Source: Bdellovibrionia bacterium (GTDB lineage: Bacteria > Bdellovibrionota > UBA1018). Taken from it: a stretch of DNA of 48,442 nucleotides. The stretch's first letter is position 1; every line of letters begins with the position of its first letter. The position numbers and the translations under genes were made by a program. This document shows, one piece after another, positions 47,213 to 48,442 of this stretch. The notes beneath the pieces were generated by a model. That model saw only the letters and a program-made list of their open reading frames with translations, did not search any database and was not told the DNA's origin. The stretch covers positions 1 through 48,442 of the forward strand of contig JBJMMA010000055.1 in NCBI GenBank assembly GCA_045805065.1, given 5' to 3'.

Positions 47213-47734
47213 GTGGCAAGATTTGAAAAACCCATAGCAGAAATTCATGCTTCTCTTCAGAAGCTCGTGGGGCTCCACCGGCAGCTTCTCGATGTTGTTC
47301 GCGTCGAGAAAGAAGCGCTGATCGAGGCAAACCTCAGAGCGATTCAAGAAGCCACCTGCTCCAAGCAGGCCCTGATTGAGACCATCAAGCAGGAAGAAGT
47401 CCGTCGCCAGCAAAACGTGGCAGAGCTTGCCATCGTGCTCAAGCGCCCGATGAAAGAGCTCACGCTTCTTGAGATTGCAATCGCGGTGCAGGGCGAAGAG
47501 CCACGCGGCGCGGACCAGCTCAGAAGCGCGTTCAATGCGCTCTCGATTCTGATCAAGCGCGTGAGCGACGCCAATCGCGAGAACGCAACGCTTGTCGAGC
47601 GTTCGCTCGAGCATATCCGCGAGATGAAAAAGAACGTGCTGGGCGATGCCCACACTTCGTCGAATACCTACACGCAGCAGGGAACCCGTTCAAACGCTCC
47701 CAATGGCGCACGCCTCATCGAAAGGGAGGCTTGA
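47213..47734 (+). CDS. flgN: flagellar export chaperone FlgN
   Basis: Helical protein between flgM and flgK, N..N..L...L motif, TY..G tail. Confidence 0.82.
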   Translation: MARFEKPIAEIHASLQKLVGLHRQLLDVVRVEKEALIEANLRAIQEATCSKQALIETIKQEEVRRQQNVAELAIVLKRPMKELTLLEIAIAVQGEEPRGADQLRSAFNALSILIKRVSDANRENATLVERSLEHIREMKKNVLGDAHTSSNTYTQQGTRSNAPNGARLIEREA

Positions 47735-47740
47735 GCCTTT

Positions 47741-48442
47741 ATGGGTGTAGGTAATCTCGCAAATATCGGCATCTCAGGGATGCAGGCCTCGAAGGCCGCG
47801 GTGGCTACGACAGGCCACAACATCTCCAATGCCAATACCGAGGGATACTCCCGTCAGCGCGTTGAGACGGAAGCCAACACCCCGCGCGCCTTTGGCGGAA
47901 AAGGATATATCGGCAGCGGCACGCTCATCAGCCGCGTCAGCCGCACCAACGATCAATATCTTGAAAAGCAGCTCCGTAACGCCAATCGCGATATGTCGTT
48001 CATGGAAGAAAAAGAAATGGCCCTCCATCAGGTGGAGGACATTTTCAATGAAATGAACGGCGACGGGCTCAATCGCCTGGTCTCAAGATTCTTCAACGAG
48101 TTCAGAAAACTTGCGAATGAGCCTGAAAATGAAGCCATCCGCCAATCGGTTCGCGAAGCATCCCAGGCCGTGGTGAATGACTTTCACCGCCTGCGCAGCG
48201 AGATCGTCGAAACCCGCAAGCACATCGATGCGCGCCTTGAAGGCTATTGCGGCGAGATCAACCAACACACCGAAGAGCTCAAGGACCTCAATCTGAAAAT
48301 TCGTCAGCTTGAAGTCAGCGGCGCTCCGGCAAATGACCTTCAAGACAAGCGTGATCAGGTCCTCAAAAAGATCGCAACGTATATGGACGTGGCGACACAC
48401 ACAGACAATAACGGGAACTACACGGTGGATATCCGTGGCGTG
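47741..48442 (+). CDS. flgK: flagellar hook-associated protein FlgK, 5' part (runs off the window; not in ORF track)
   Basis: Manual translation MGVGNLANIGISGMQASKAAVATTGHNISNANTEGYSRQRV...; GGGAGG SD. Confidence 0.93.
   Translation, partial: MGVGNLANIGISGMQASKAAVATTGHNISNANTEGYSRQRVETEANTPRAFGGKGYIGSGTLISRVSRTNDQYLEKQLRNANRDMSFMEEKEMALHQVEDIFNEMNGDGLNRLVSRFFNEFRKLANEPENEAIRQSVREASQAVVNDFHRLRSEIVETRKHIDARLEGYCGEINQHTEELKDLNLKIRQLEVSGAPANDLQDKRDQVLKKIATYMDVATHTDNNGNYTVDIRGV

Overview
Core-genome window from a bacterium of roughly 50-55% GC. Gene content and order suggest Bdellovibrionota/Oligoflexia or another former deltaproteobacterium (inference). It covers the replication/segregation region: hbd-mnmE-yidC-yidD-rnpA-rpmH (minus strand), then dnaA, nrdJ, tRNA-Gly(CCC), mnmG-rsmG-parA-parB-bactofilin and a split ATP synthase operon (atpF'FHAGDC). 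Further right are a lytic transglycosylase, xseB-dxs-tlyA-patatin-like lipoprotein-PBP1A-TonB, the glycine cleavage genes with folD, two HExxH peptidases, and flgF-G-A-H-I-J-M-N-K (flgK truncated by the window edge). I found no mobile elements or CRISPR arrays. The most interesting signals are non-coding: (1) a 21-22 bp motif present twice upstream of dnaA and once upstream of parB; (2) a G/C strand-bias flip at two perfect parS sites inside rsmG, with polarity opposite to the usual origin skew; (3) a ~180-nt multibranched RNA fold between flgI and flgJ, spanned by a doubly coupled 92-codon ORF and followed by a hairpin that buries the flgJ RBS and start codon; (4) long rod-like leaders of parA and the atp operon; (5) a frame-independent TGACTACTCA cluster; (6) many leaderless or near-leaderless promoters. 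Among the proteins, a catalytically degenerate patatin lipoprotein is coupled to PBP1A. All structures and counts were done by eye and need computational confirmation.
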